DNA from: an uncultured Gammaproteobacteria bacterium | Lineage (GTDB): Bacteria; Pseudomonadota; Gammaproteobacteria; Thiotrichales; Thiotrichaceae | Direction: 5' to 3' | Length of the DNA stretch: 64,000 bases | Assembly (NCBI GenBank): GCA_963818325.1 | Contig: CAWFRV010000004.1 | Location: 119,586 to 183,585, forward strand | In this document: in pieces, positions 42,055-53,887 of the stretch | How positions within the stretch are numbered: the stretch's first letter is position 1 | How the letters are laid out: every line of letters begins with the position of its first letter | Notes under the pieces: model-generated | Seen by the model: only the letters and a program-made list of their open reading frames with translations | What the model was told of the DNA's origin: nothing | Database searches by the model: none | Made by a program: the position numbers and the translations under genes

Positions 42055-43403
42055 TGAGCGACGAGGTAGCCCGCCTGCAACGCCGTCTGGAACGCGAGCG
42101 CAGCGCCCGCAAACAGGCGGAGCAGTTACTGGAAAGCAAAAGCCTAGAACTGTATCAGGCCAATCATGAATTGCGGGCGCTGGCAGACTCATTGGAACGC
42201 ACCGTGACAGAGCGTACCCACGAACTGGTCGAAGCACGTGACCAAGCATTGTCGGCCAGCCGCGCCAAAAGCGCCTTTCTAGCCGCCATGAGCCATGAAA
42301 TCCGCACCCCGATGAATGGCATCATTGGTATGGCTACCCTGTTGCAAGACACCGCGCTGGACAGCGCACAGGTACAACAACTCGACACGGTGCTGCAATC
42401 GGCACAATCGCTGCTAGGTATCATCAACGACATCCTCGACATTTCCCGGCTGGAAGCAGGCAAGCTGGAGTTGCTGGAAGAAGCGTTCTGCCTGTGTGAC
42501 ATCCTGCCCAACATCATCGACACCATGCGCACCATTGCCAACCAGAAACAACTGGACTTAGTGTTAAATGTCGAGAAAGACATTCCCCCCAACCTGCGCG
42601 GTGATCCCCTGCGGTTGCGCCAAATATTGCTCAACCTGATCAGCAATGCCATTAAATTCACCTCGGAGGGGCAAGTCACGGTGCGGGTATCCTGCTCCCA
42701 ACAAAATGCCAAGGTATTGCGTATTGAAGTGCAAGACAGTGGCGTGGGCATTTCTCAACAAAAACTAACCAGCCTGTTCCGCGCTTTCAGCCAGATCAAC
42801 CGTTACGACCAACACAATAGCGGTGGTACAGGATTAGGTCTTGCCATCAGCCGTAAGTTAGTCAATTTGATGGGCGGCACGATTGGGGTAAACAGTACCG
42901 AAGGTATCGGCAGCACCTTCTGGTTTGAATTGCCAGTTATCGCGGAACAAACAGACTCCCCTGTTGTAGGAGCCAGCCCCGCTGGCGATGCGCCACTACA
43001 ACAAACCCCAGCCGTAAAACATGATGGTGCAAACCAACGCATCCTCGTGGTCGAAGACCACAAAATCAACCAAATGGTTGCCAAAGGAATGCTCGCCAAA
43101 CTGGGCTACCACGTCACCTTGGCAGAAGATGGTTTTGAAGCACTCGACTGCTTACGCCGTGAAGATTTCGCCCTAGTGCTGATGGACATCCAAATGCCCG
43201 GCATGAGTGGGGTTGAAACCACCCAAAAAATCCGTACTGAATTCCCGGATCGCGCCTTGCCCATCATCGCCCTGACCGCCAATGCCATGAAAGGTGACGA
43301 ACAAGCGTATCTGGAGGCAGGCATGGATGCTTGCCTGACCAAACCGATCCAAATTGACACACTGACAGCCGCTCTCAGGGAATGGTGCTTAGCCACTGCC
43401 TGA
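42054..43403 (+). CDS. Hybrid histidine kinase, H-NOX-associated
   Basis: [21 protein letters not shown] coiled coil, [19 protein letters not shown]; coupled to the H-NOX stop. Confidence 0.92.
   Translation: MSDEVARLQRRLERERSARKQAEQLLESKSLELYQANHELRALADSLERTVTERTHELVEARDQALSASRAKSAFLAAMSHEIRTPMNGIIGMATLLQDTALDSAQVQQLDTVLQSAQSLLGIINDILDISRLEAGKLELLEEAFCLCDILPNIIDTMRTIANQKQLDLVLNVEKDIPPNLRGDPLRLRQILLNLISNAIKFTSEGQVTVRVSCSQQNAKVLRIEVQDSGVGISQQKLTSLFRAFSQINRYDQHNSGGTGLGLAISRKLVNLMGGTIGVNSTEGIGSTFWFELPVIAEQTDSPVVGASPAGDAPLQQTPAVKHDGANQRILVVEDHKINQMVAKGMLAKLGYHVTLAEDGFEALDCLRREDFALVLMDIQMPGMSGVETTQKIRTEFPDRALPIIALTANAMKGDEQAYLEAGMDACLTKPIQIDTLTAALREWCLATA
42966..42989 (+). repeat. GTAG-family REP-like element inside a kinase linker
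   Basis: GTAGGA-GCCAGC-CCC-GCTGGC-GAT. Confidence 0.6.
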
Positions 43404-43446
43404 CACGCGCAAAAATAATAATAACAAGGAGGGGGTAACACCGCCG

Positions 43447-43974
43447 ATGAGCCATTTTCAGCATGTCCTACTCAGTATGTTACTGGTACTGGTCAGTTAT
43501 CTGGCCTTCCAAAACCAGCAACTGCGCTCTGAGATTCAGACACTCAACACTTTGCAGCAAGGTTCGGCTGCGGTGCTGGCAGAAACGCTTGCGCCACTGG
43601 CAAGCAAGATTGAGGCGATTAACGCCGTTACCAGCAAACAAGGCAAAGAAGCCGATGATGCCGCCCAAAAGAAACAGGCGGTAGTGCAGCAACGCCTCGA
43701 CCTAAACAACATCCTTGGCACAATCAAGCAAGCTAACCAATTACGCGCTGACGGCAAAGGCGCTGAAGCCGCTGAAAAGCTAGCCAGCACCAAGAAACCC
43801 ATCTGGCAAGCAGGCGACACCTTGACTGCACAAAAAGCCCGTCTGCAAGGGTTGATGGGTGTTATCGACAAGCTGGTAGCCGCATGGAAAAGTGGCGATA
43901 CCAAGACCGCAGCGGATGCAGTACACAAAGAACTAGAAGCTGTGCTAGGGGAACTGGGCAATGAACAAAAATAA
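43447..43974 (+). CDS. Hypothetical membrane-anchored helical protein
   Basis: Strong AGGAGG RBS, N-terminal hydrophobic helix, overlaps next gene. Confidence 0.7.
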   Translation: MSHFQHVLLSMLLVLVSYLAFQNQQLRSEIQTLNTLQQGSAAVLAETLAPLASKIEAINAVTSKQGKEADDAAQKKQAVVQQRLDLNNILGTIKQANQLRADGKGAEAAEKLASTKKPIWQAGDTLTAQKARLQGLMGVIDKLVAAWKSGDTKTAADAVHKELEAVLGELGNEQK

Positions 43975-45410
43975 TATCAAGGTCGCACTCGCGTGGCTGG
44001 CGGGTTTGCTACTGGCAGGCGTGGTCATTTTCTTCATCAACCGCAGTGCGCCGCCCACGACTACCGCTGCTGCTGTCGACTCACCCAGCTTGTTACAAAT
44101 GCTGAAAACAGGCTCAACGTCAGGGCGTAGCGACACCTTTTGCGCCCTGACCACAGGGCCGGATAATGCTTGTCTGGGCGAACCCAAAGCCCTGTGCAGC
44201 AAAGACATGGAGATGGCGCAAATCGCGTGGAAATACTTTGAAAACAACTACAACCCCGAAACCGGGCTGTATAACGCGGCAGACAAGTACAAATCCACCA
44301 CCATGTGGGACACGGGCTCGGCTCTTGCCGCCACCATTGCGGCACGGGATTTTGGCATCATCGACGACAAGACTTTCGATGACCATATCCAAGCCATGTT
44401 CAAAACCCTGACTAAGATGGAGCTGTTCAACAAGGAAGCCCCCAACAAAGCCTATAACACGGAAAAAGGCGAAATGGTGGACTACCGTAACCAACCCAGC
44501 CCAGACGGCATCGGCGTATCTGCCCTCGATCTGGCGCGGATGATTTCTTGGTTAAACACGCTGGGTTGTATGCACCCCAAGTACGCTTACCCTGCGAAAA
44601 AAACCATCGAACGCTGGGATCTGAAACGCCTGATCAAGGATGGGCAAATGTATGGCCTGTACCGCGACCCCGTTTCCAAAAACATCCAACTCGTTCAAGA
44701 AGGACGTTTGGGGTATGAACAGTACGCAGGCAAGATTTTCCGTGAACTGGGCTACGACCAGCACATTTCCGCGACGTACAACAATGAATTCCGCGAAAAA
44801 ACCGACATTTACGGCGTACCCGATTGCTTACGACCGGCGCGACCCACGCGATCTGGGCGCATACAACTACGTCGTCACCGAGTCTTATGTCATGGATGCG
44901 ATTGAAAACGGGATCGACGCTGAAAACCGTCCCTTGCTGGAAAATATCTACCAAGTACAAAAACGCCGCTGGGAAGAAACCGGCATTGTCACTGCCGTTT
45001 CCGAAGACAATATCGACCAGAAACCCTACTTCCTTTACAACACCATTTTTACTGCCGGATTGCCGTGGAATACCACGACCGACAAGGGCGTGCGCTACGA
45101 CAACCTGAAAACCATTTCCACCAAAGCGGCATTGGCGCTGGCCTTGCTATTTCCCGATGACCCGTACAGCAAAGAACTGGCTTACACGATGGGGACAGCC
45201 TATGACCCAGAACGGGGCTGGTATTCAGGCATTTATGAAAGCGGCGGAGGCTATAACAAGGCGATTACCGCCAACACCAATGGCATCATCATGAGCTTGC
45301 TGTTGCATAAAAAGTACGGTGAATTTTACTCGATTTGCAAGCAGTGCAAACGTGGCATAAGGCTGGAGGCCAGCAAAACCAAAACGTGTGATGTCTGCAC
45401 CACTGAGTAA
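43961..45410 (+). CDS. DUF3131 domain exported protein, copy 2 (frameshift near 44820)
   Basis: AWKYFENN, TMWD, PNKAYNT, QEGRLGYEQY, TAVSEDNID, ITANTNGII shared with copy 1. Confidence 0.8.
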
Positions 45411-47043
45411 ACTCGTGCTGCTCTCCTTGGGTGGGGGCGCACTGGTCACACCAGCGATGGCGCACGACCCGCCGCCCCCGTTACTGCAAAAACTGGAAGC
45501 ACTGCAATGTGCAATGGATGCCAAAATGGCACAACAAATCCTCAGTGAACTAGCTAATATTACCGCGCCCGGTCAGAAATGGCCTGATGAATGGTTGGGG
45601 CAAAAACCGGAAGCGGCACTCCATGCCGGGACGCTGGACATCGCCCTCACCACCCTGAAAGCGACTGCCGAGCGTTTCCCCAATTTACGCGAAGAAGCCG
45701 AGCGCATTGCCTTGCAGTGGGATTACTGCGACGTCATGGAAAACCTACATTTCCATGACCTGATATTACGGCAACAACAAGTGCAGAAGCTGTTGGCGGC
45801 GGATGACCCACCCTTGAAATGGGAAGGTTTTCGCCAATGGGGGTTTCTGACCCCTGATCCCGTGGAGCATTTCGTCCCCAAACTGCTGGATGAAATCCGC
45901 CTTGCACCGGAGGCTTACCACCTATTTTTACATCAGACGTACCGCCAGCAGTGCTTTCCACACCCCGAAACCGGCTTATTAGTGAGCGAGGCAGAAGCCC
46001 CCATTGAATCGGTATCAAGCCGTGCTTTTCCACAATTGGCGACGGCTGAGACACAAGCGCAAGCTTACCCGTTTGAGTGGAATCCGCTCTGTCATATTGC
46101 CAAACAAGAGCAGGACAAAGCCGCAAAACCGCCGGTGAAAAAGGCTAAAACCAAAACGGCATCAGGCACAAAAACAGTGCTAAAAGCCCAGCAAAAAACC
46201 CAGCCAATACTGGCAACGACCAGTCAGTCTGAGCGAAAAAAACAGCGGGAAATACGCCGGAAAGCACAACAGCAGCGGGTAGCGGCACGGGTAGCGCGGG
46301 TAGCCACTCCCATTCCCTCGCAAGGGGTGAAGGGAGCAAGTGGGGCTGTGGGCAAAATACAGGTGGCGCAGCCCGCCGAGGGGCAAGTGATCCTACCAAC
46401 GATTGTGACCACCTCGGCTGGCGGCGACATCCCCATTTTCTTTGAAGAGACCAGCACCCAAGCACATGGCACAACAGGCGTTATCGACACCAAGAAAAAG
46501 CCACTGCGGGTGGCTGGGAATATCGCCGACACCGTTTCACTCAAGGATGGCAGCAACAGCTTGGCTGCCAGTGTTACGTGGTCGCCCAAAGAAAACTGGT
46601 TGGTAAATGGCAATGTATCAGTCAAGGATGGCAAACCCGATTACGCATGGAATGCAGGCTATGCCAACCCGAAACCGGGCACGGTGTCGGCGCAGGTCGG
46701 GCGTTCTGGTTCCAATACCAGCGCGAGCCTAGGCTACAAAGTAAAATCCGATACCTTGGCAAAACATAAACTGAGTGCCTCCGCTGGGCTAAATATTCCT
46801 GCTAACGGCAAGGCGAAAGCCAATGCCACGCTGCAATGGAACCCGAAACCCAATGTGTATGCCCGCACCACGGTCACTCAGGCAGTCGAGGGTGGCAAGC
46901 CAAACTGGAATTACAGTGTTGGCTATTCCAACCCCAAACCGGGCAAATGGCGGGTGGAATATTCCAATTACGGTAACAATAAAGCCCCCGGTGACAATTT
47001 CGGTGATGGCGCGATTACCGTTAGTCGGGGCTGGCAGTTTTAG
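45391..47043 (+). CDS. Exported protein with predicted C-terminal outer-membrane beta-barrel
   Basis: Signal peptide, alternating aromatic beta-strand pattern, internal repeat GY(A/S)NPKPG, terminal GWQF. Confidence 0.6.
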   Translation: MSAPLSKLVLLSLGGGALVTPAMAHDPPPPLLQKLEALQCAMDAKMAQQILSELANITAPGQKWPDEWLGQKPEAALHAGTLDIALTTLKATAERFPNLREEAERIALQWDYCDVMENLHFHDLILRQQQVQKLLAADDPPLKWEGFRQWGFLTPDPVEHFVPKLLDEIRLAPEAYHLFLHQTYRQQCFPHPETGLLVSEAEAPIESVSSRAFPQLATAETQAQAYPFEWNPLCHIAKQEQDKAAKPPVKKAKTKTASGTKTVLKAQQKTQPILATTSQSERKKQREIRRKAQQQRVAARVARVATPIPSQGVKGASGAVGKIQVAQPAEGQVILPTIVTTSAGGDIPIFFEETSTQAHGTTGVIDTKKKPLRVAGNIADTVSLKDGSNSLAASVTWSPKENWLVNGNVSVKDGKPDYAWNAGYANPKPGTVSAQVGRSGSNTSASLGYKVKSDTLAKHKLSASAGLNIPANGKAKANATLQWNPKPNVYARTTVTQAVEGGKPNWNYSVGYSNPKPGKWRVEYSNYGNNKAPGDNFGDGAITVSRGWQF

Positions 47044-47112
47044 CTTGCGTTGCGGGGATCACTGTCAATAGAATCAAACCAATAAAATAATATAATCGCA
47101 GGACATTACTTC

Positions 47113-48354
47113 ATGACCACTGAAACCCTGTCCACAGCCAGCCCGCTGTTTAGCATCCCTGCCAGTTGGGCGTACCCCGATACCGGCGCTACCCGTGACT
47201 TGCGGCTCGACTTTATGCGTGGCTTTGTTATCCCACTGCTGTTTGCCAGCCACTTCGAGTATTTTTCCGCGTTAATGTTTATCGGCTGGGAACGCATCGG
47301 GGTAGTGTCGACAGCAGAAATCTTCGTCATCCTCTCCGGTATTGTGGTGGGGATGGTGTACGGTAAAAAGGTGAAAAAGGACGGTTTGGCAGCAGCCATG
47401 CCGGGGCTGGTTAGCCGTTCGGTGGATTTGTACCGCGTCAGTGTGATGATGATCCTAACCGTGGCGGCAATCCGCTATATCCCGTGGATTGACAGCACCA
47501 TTATCACCACCTTCCATGACCCGTATGGCGGGAACACTTACCAGCTTTACCCGCCACTGGATGCCAGTATTTTTCAGGTCATCAGCAAGGCTCTGCTGTT
47601 GCAGATCGGCCCGCACCAGTTCCAGATTATCGGCATGTACGTGGCCATGTTCATCCTGATCACCCCGTTTGCCTTTTTTATGCTTCATAGTGGGCGGGTA
47701 AACTTGTTGTTGGGGTTAAGTTGGGTGGTCTTTCTGATCAACTACGGTGCGCCGGAACCTGCCCCGGCGACGGCAGCATTTCGTCCTACTGGGGCGCAGT
47801 TTGAATACGCTTTCCCGATTCTGGCGTGGCAGTTGATTTACGTGCATGGGGTGGCAGCAGGCTATTATAAACAAACGCTGCTGGATTTTTTTGGCACGCA
47901 ATGGGGCAAGGTAGTGCTGTATGTTTCCATTGCGCTGAGCATCGGTTTCATCTTTTTCACACTCAACCATCCGCTACACCAGTTCCCGGACTGGGCGAAA
48001 CTGCACTTTGTGCCGCCGGATGTGTTCAACTATTTGTACGGCGAGTATTTCCCCAAATACAAGCTGGGGGTTGGGCGGCTGCTCAATGCAGTAGTACTGT
48101 TCATCAGCATTTACGCCTTGCTGACCCGTTGCTGGCAACCCATCAACACAGCACTGGGCTGGCTCCTGATCCCACTGGGACAGGCATCGTTGTATGTGTT
48201 TTTCATCCACGTATTCCTGTTGCTGTTGATTGCGAATACGCCACTGCCGGGGTATGACAATTTCTGGGTCAATACCGGGATTCATGCAGGCTTGTTGGCA
48301 CTGGTGTGGGTGATGGTGAAAAAGGAATTTTTGTTCCGTTGGGTTCCGCGCTAG
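47113..48354 (+). CDS. OpgC-domain membrane acyltransferase-like protein
   Basis: RDLRLDFMRG, STAEIFVILSG, LAWQL, K.KLG..RL, LGQASLYVF..H. Confidence 0.82.
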   Translation: MTTETLSTASPLFSIPASWAYPDTGATRDLRLDFMRGFVIPLLFASHFEYFSALMFIGWERIGVVSTAEIFVILSGIVVGMVYGKKVKKDGLAAAMPGLVSRSVDLYRVSVMMILTVAAIRYIPWIDSTIITTFHDPYGGNTYQLYPPLDASIFQVISKALLLQIGPHQFQIIGMYVAMFILITPFAFFMLHSGRVNLLLGLSWVVFLINYGAPEPAPATAAFRPTGAQFEYAFPILAWQLIYVHGVAAGYYKQTLLDFFGTQWGKVVLYVSIALSIGFIFFTLNHPLHQFPDWAKLHFVPPDVFNYLYGEYFPKYKLGVGRLLNAVVLFISIYALLTRCWQPINTALGWLLIPLGQASLYVFFIHVFLLLLIANTPLPGYDNFWVNTGIHAGLLALVWVMVKKEFLFRWVPR

Positions 48355-48366
48355 ACTCTGGGGATT

Positions 48367-49523
48367 ATGAATACTATAGCCAGTTATGCCGCTGTCCCCG
48401 AACACAGCCAAGGCCGCCATCACCCCGAACCGCCGCCGCAATACCGCACGGAATTCCAGCGTGACCGCGACCGCGTTATCCACTCCAAAGCCTTCCGGCG
48501 GCTTGGAATACAAGACGCAAGTCTTCGTCAACCACGAAGGCGATTTGTACCGCACCCGCTTGACGCATTCGCTGGAAGTGGCGCAAATTGCCCGCACCGT
48601 CGCCCGCAGCATGGGGCTAAACGAAGACCTGACCGAAGCGATTGCACTTTCCCACGACTTGGGGCATACGCCGTTCGGACACGCGGGGCAGGATGAACTC
48701 AACGACTGCATGAAGGCTTACGGCGGCTTTGAACACAACCTGCAATCGCTGCGGGTGGTCGATGTGCTGGAAGACAGCTACGCCGATTTTCCCGGCATCA
48801 ACCTGACCTTTGAAACCCGCGAAGGCATCCTCAAACATTGTGCTACTGAAACATGCGCAACAACTTGGGCGATGTGGGGATGCGCTTCCTCAACAAAACC
48901 CAGCCGACGTCTGGAAGCGCAACTCACCAACCTTGCCGATGAAATTGCCTACAATAACCACGACATTGAAGACGGCTTGCGTTCCGGGCTGATCACGCTG
49001 GAACAGTTGCAGGACGTGCCGGTGTTTGCGGTCGAATACCGGCTGGTACGCACAGCTTACCCTGATTTGCAAGGCCGTCGCCTGATCCGCGAAACCTTGC
49101 GGCGCATGATTGGGCGCATGGTGGTTGACCTGATCGAAAGCAGCCAAACGGCGATAACGGCCTCTGGCGTACAAACCTTGGATGAGGTGCGTAGCCAGCC
49201 AATGGCATTGATGCGCTATGGTGATGAGATGCGCCAGCCAGAAAAACGTGCTGAAGAAATTCCTACGCGACAAGCTGTACTTCCACCCCACGGTTTACCG
49301 CATGACGTGGCGGGCGCGGCAGGTGGTGCGGGCGCTGTTTGAAGCCTACATGCAGGATACCCGCTTGCTGACACCCAAGTATCAAGCCTTCGCCAAGCGT
49401 TACGAAGCAGATGATGGCGAGGCTGGGCGGGCGCGAGCCATTGCCGATTTCATCGCAGGCATGACCGACCGTTACGCCATGCGGGAATATGGGCAATTGT
49501 TTGATTTGTCGGGCTTGCGCTAA
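48367..49523 (+). CDS. dgt: dGTP triphosphohydrolase (frameshifted)
   Basis: [44 protein letters not shown]. Confidence 0.92.
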
Positions 49524-49527
49524 CCCA

Positions 49528-50611
49528 CTACAGCAGTTTCCCGCCCCGTGTCGTCGGGTCATACGCCAACTTCACCCCTGCCTCGCTGTGGGCGGCAAAC
49601 TGCTCAAGCACTGCATCAGCTTCCGCCCAGTAAGGGTGTTCCTGCAAGCGGGCATGGGGGGTGGAATGGCGGCTATACAAGCGCAGCAAGCGGGTTTGCG
49701 CTGCCAAATCGCGGTAATCTGCCAAGGCTTCGACCACTTGAATGGCTGCAGGGCGATTATTGCACACCAGCAATTGGTCACAACCCGCCGCCAGCGCCGC
49801 CCGCGCCCGCCCAACAAAATCACCCGCCGCTGCCGCCGCTGCCATATCCAAGGCATCGCTGAAAATAGCGCCCTGAAACCCCATTTGCCCACGCAACACC
49901 TCCTGCAACCAGCGCGTGGAAAACCCGGCAGGCATCTCATCCACACACGGGTACACCACATGGGAGGGCATCACCGCCTCCAAGCCCATACCCAGCAAAT
50001 GCCGGAAAGGAGCCATGTCTTCCTGCCAGAGTGTGGCAAAATCGCGTCCGTCACACGGCAAAGCGAGGTGGGAATCTGCCGTTACCCCGCCATGACCGGG
50101 GAAATGCTTGCCTACCGACACCATGCCCGCCAGCCGTACACCCTGCATCCAAGCCGCTGACAACGCGCTAACAGCCTGTACTTGCTGCCCAAATGCACGG
50201 TCACCAATCACCCCACTGATGCCCCAGTCAATGTCCAACACCGGCGCAAAACTGAAATCAATCCCCACCGCCTGCAATTCGGACGCCATCAACCAACCCA
50301 TCCGTTTAACGGCATGAAGCGCCGCCTGCGGTGAATCTTGGTACAACTGGGCGTAATACCCAGCAGGCGGCAAGCGTTTGAAACCTTCGCGGAAGCGTTG
50401 CACCCGCCCGCCTTCCTGATCGGCTGCAATCAGCACATGGCGGTTCACGCACCGCCCGGATCGCCGCCGTCAACGCCGCAAGCTGCTGCGGATTCTGGTA
50501 ATTGCGGGCGAACAGGATCACCCCACCCACAGCGGGATGCTGCAATAATTCACGATCTTCGGCACTCAATTCAGTACCTGCCAGATCCAGCATGACCGGC
50601 CCCAGTGACAT
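49528..50611 (-). CDS. nagZ: Beta-N-acetylhexosaminidase (frameshift near 50450)
   Basis: [31 protein letters not shown]...DSH. Confidence 0.93.
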
Positions 50612-50627
50612 CGCGTCTCCTTGGTTA

Positions 50628-51289
50628 TTACTTGTTGGCTAAGAAGTTTGCATCCTGTAACAACTGGCGCACCAGTGCAACCGCTTGTGTCAGGATTCTC
50701 GCCCCAAGTGATAAAACCATCCTGATGCCCCAGCATCACAATGGTGTTACCCGGCAAGTTGCCACCCGCCAGCAAAGCCTGCATCGCCGCCGCCATTTGC
50801 TGGTGTGCCATAGGGAATGTCCGCCCCGGTACACACCAATCCAAGCGACTGTGCCTGTTGCCAAATAGTAGGGCTATGCCCGTGAATAATGGCGTTGACG
50901 GTGGGCAACTGTTGGTAAATAGCGGCGTGGGTCATCGCCTCCGACGACGGTTTGCGTACCCCATCGGCTTGCAAGCAGTGGCGGCTGATGTCGTAGGCCA
51001 ATACCCGTGCATAGTGTGCTGCGGACAATTCCGCCAAATGCCCGGTCTGAGAGCCAGTAATGAGAAAGGCGTCGGGGTATTCAGCAGTACGCTGGCGCAG
51101 GCTGACATTGCCATACCCCAGACCCTCGTAGCGGGCGTCATCCTGCCCGATCACCCCCAGTTGCCACAGGGTGTTGCGGCACTGGTTGAACTCGGCAAAA
51201 CCTTGCATGGTAGGCGGGGTGCTACTCGCCGTATAAGTAAGCGTAAACTTGATGACACCTTCGGTTTCTACACCATCGCGCATATACAC
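50628..51289 (-). CDS. Class II aldolase/adducin family protein (frameshifted)
   Basis: [38 protein letters not shown]. Confidence 0.8.
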
Positions 51290-51327
51290 ATTCCCAGCAG
51301 TTTGCCTGTCCTAAGACCAGCGAACAT

Positions 51328-53660
51328 TCACGCCGCTGGTGCGAGATTTAACCCTTTGCGCTTGCCCTTCTCTGGCGTCTTTGGTGTTTTTGGCGTTTTT
51401 GCTGCCTTTGCCTGCCGCTCACGCGCTGAAATCCGGGTCTGGTAACGGTCATGGTAGCGGTAGTCGGTCACCTCTTCCTGTGATTTCACCATCAAGAACC
51501 CCACCACATTTTGTCTAACCCGGCGTAATTGTTCAATGACTGTCAGCAAGCGTTTGCGGTTAATGCGGTCTTCGTCGGCAACAATCACCGTTGCTTCTGC
51601 CATTGAGGAGAGGTAGATGGCATCGGCAAAACCAGCCGTTGGCGGCCCGTCAATGATCACGCTGTCAAAGTGCTTGGTGGCAAGATTCAGCAATTGCGCC
51701 ATCGCAGGGCTAGATACCATGCGTACCGGGTCGAGCATCAAGGTTCCGGCGGTGATCAGGTACAAACCTTTGACTTCGCGGGAAGGGTGGGTGACGCTGG
51801 CAATATCAGTTTCGCCATTGAGGAAATTGCTCAAACCTCTGGCATTCGGCAACCCCAGCTTGGCATGGACAGAAGGGCGGCGCAGGTCAGCATCGACCAA
51901 CAACACCTTCAAGCCCTGTTGTGCCTGACTCAAGGCAATATTGACGGCAGAGGTTGACTTACCTTCGGCGGGGTTAACGCTGGTAATCAGGGTCACACGC
52001 GGGGCAACCCCACCGGGCAGCACAAACCGCAGGTTGGCAGTCGCTACCCGGTAGGATTCCGCCAGCAGGGAACCGGCATCCCGCACCGTTGCCAGCGCCA
52101 AATTACTTTCAGACAAATGGCGCACATGCGGAATAGTGCCGAGTACTGGCAAGCCGCTGAGCGCCTGCAACTCGCCAACCGAAGCCACGCTTTGGTTCAG
52201 GGTTTCACGCAACAATGCTGCACCAACCCCCAGCATCAAACCAACCAGCCCCCCAAGGATCAGGTTGAGGGCTTTTTTGGGGCGGAAAATATTGTCGTCA
52301 GGGGCGGCGGCATCGACTACCCGGATATTGCTGCTGGTAACATTAGAAGCCACATTGACTTCCTTCATGCGCTGCAACAAGCCATCGTAGAGGTTGCGGC
52401 TGGTTTCCACTTCACGCTTGAGGGCGTTATATTCAACACTGCGGTCACGCAAATCGACCAGCTCACCTTTATAAGCATCCACTTGCCCGCGCAATTCATC
52501 TTCCAGCTTCTTCGCTGACAAGTAGTCTGCACGTTTGGCAGAACTATCATCGGTTTGTAACGACTGTTTAATCCGCCCCATTTCATTGCCCAACTGACGC
52601 CGCAGTTCCTCAATACGCTCCTGTAAACTCACCATATCGGGGAACGCGGGTTTGAATGATTTGAGTTTTTCCTGATACTCGGCTTCCAGCGTAGCCAGAT
52701 TTTGCTTGATGCCTTCCACTACCGGATTATTGATAACTTCACGGGCATTGCTACGCTTGCGCCCTTGGATCATCTGGCTCTCAGCCTGAATACGGTTGCG
52801 CTCGGCTTCACCCAAGGGCAGAATAGAGTTCATCCAGCTTGCGTTCCTGACTCGACTGGCTATTGTTGACTTCCAGAATGTCGTTCTGTTTGGCGTACTC
52901 GATCAGCTTGGCTTCCTGTAGGGTCAGGCGGCTACGCGACTTTTTCCAGCTCCTGCTCCAAAAACGCCTTGGCATAAGTGTCGGTTTCGCTTTGGGAACT
53001 GATGTTTTCTTTGATGAACACGTTAATCAGGCTGTTGACAATTTCTGCCGACAGCACGGGGTCAGGGCTTTCATAGAACACCTTGACCAGATGGGTTTTC
53101 TCCACCGCTTCGACATAAAGCTTTTGGGAAAACGCGCTGACATAATCCGGGGCTTTGCTTAAACCCTTGTCCGTTTTACCCGGCAATAGGGCAGTAATCA
53201 TGCCCTTGAGCATTTTCCCGAAGCTTTTCAACAGGCTGGGTTTTTCTGGGCGCTCAAACAAGCGGGTTTTCAAATCCAGATCGGCAATCACCCGTTCAGC
53301 CAGCTTGCGGCTTTTCAACTGTTCGTATTGGGTGCGGAAAAAGGGATCTTGTTCCCCCATATCCGGCGCGGCACTGGTCACCGTACCGAAATTGACGACT
53401 TGCACCCCCTGTTTTTCAATCTGGATGGTAGCCCCAGCACGGTAGATGGGCGTCGTTGTCCACGTAATGTAACCCGTCAGCAAGAGGATGGACAAAGCCG
53501 TCAGCAACAGCGTCCATTTTTGCCGCATTAACCGCCGCCACACATCTTCGAGGGTCAGTGTATGGTGCGATATACCTGTCGCAGGCACAGCCATATACGG
53601 CGCAACCACGGCATGGTGAGGAGAACTGGCAACGCCTTTTTTATTGGTAACAGTTAACAT
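51328..53660 (-). CDS. wzc: Wzc/GumC polysaccharide co-polymerase tyrosine autokinase (frameshifted)
   Basis: TPIYRA, TQYEQLKSR, IRVVD.A..P, SVNPAEGKST Walker A, VDADLRRP, IIDGPP. Confidence 0.88.
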
Positions 53661-53887
53661 GATTCTCTTATGGAGATAATTGTTATTTATGTAAACCATT
53701 CTCCAACAGCCAACCGGATACCGCAAAGCTTAGCCTGCATTCGCGGGCATTTTCTTGATAAGCGGGCACAGCCTCCCGATACTTGCCGCCTACCCCCCAA
53801 AATTCCCCGTTAATCTGTCAGCACTGGCGCAGCTTTTCCCAAAGTCATACAAATAGGAAATCATAAAAACAAACACCCGCGTGGAAT

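Noticed and set aside
28401-48368. GATTAT direct repeat at both borders of the 20-kb block as att sites
   Set aside because: Six bases is expected by chance, and no integrase is present.
48367-49523. dGTPase as an anti-phage system
   Set aside because: Looks like the housekeeping dgt normally linked to aroB, with host-like composition.
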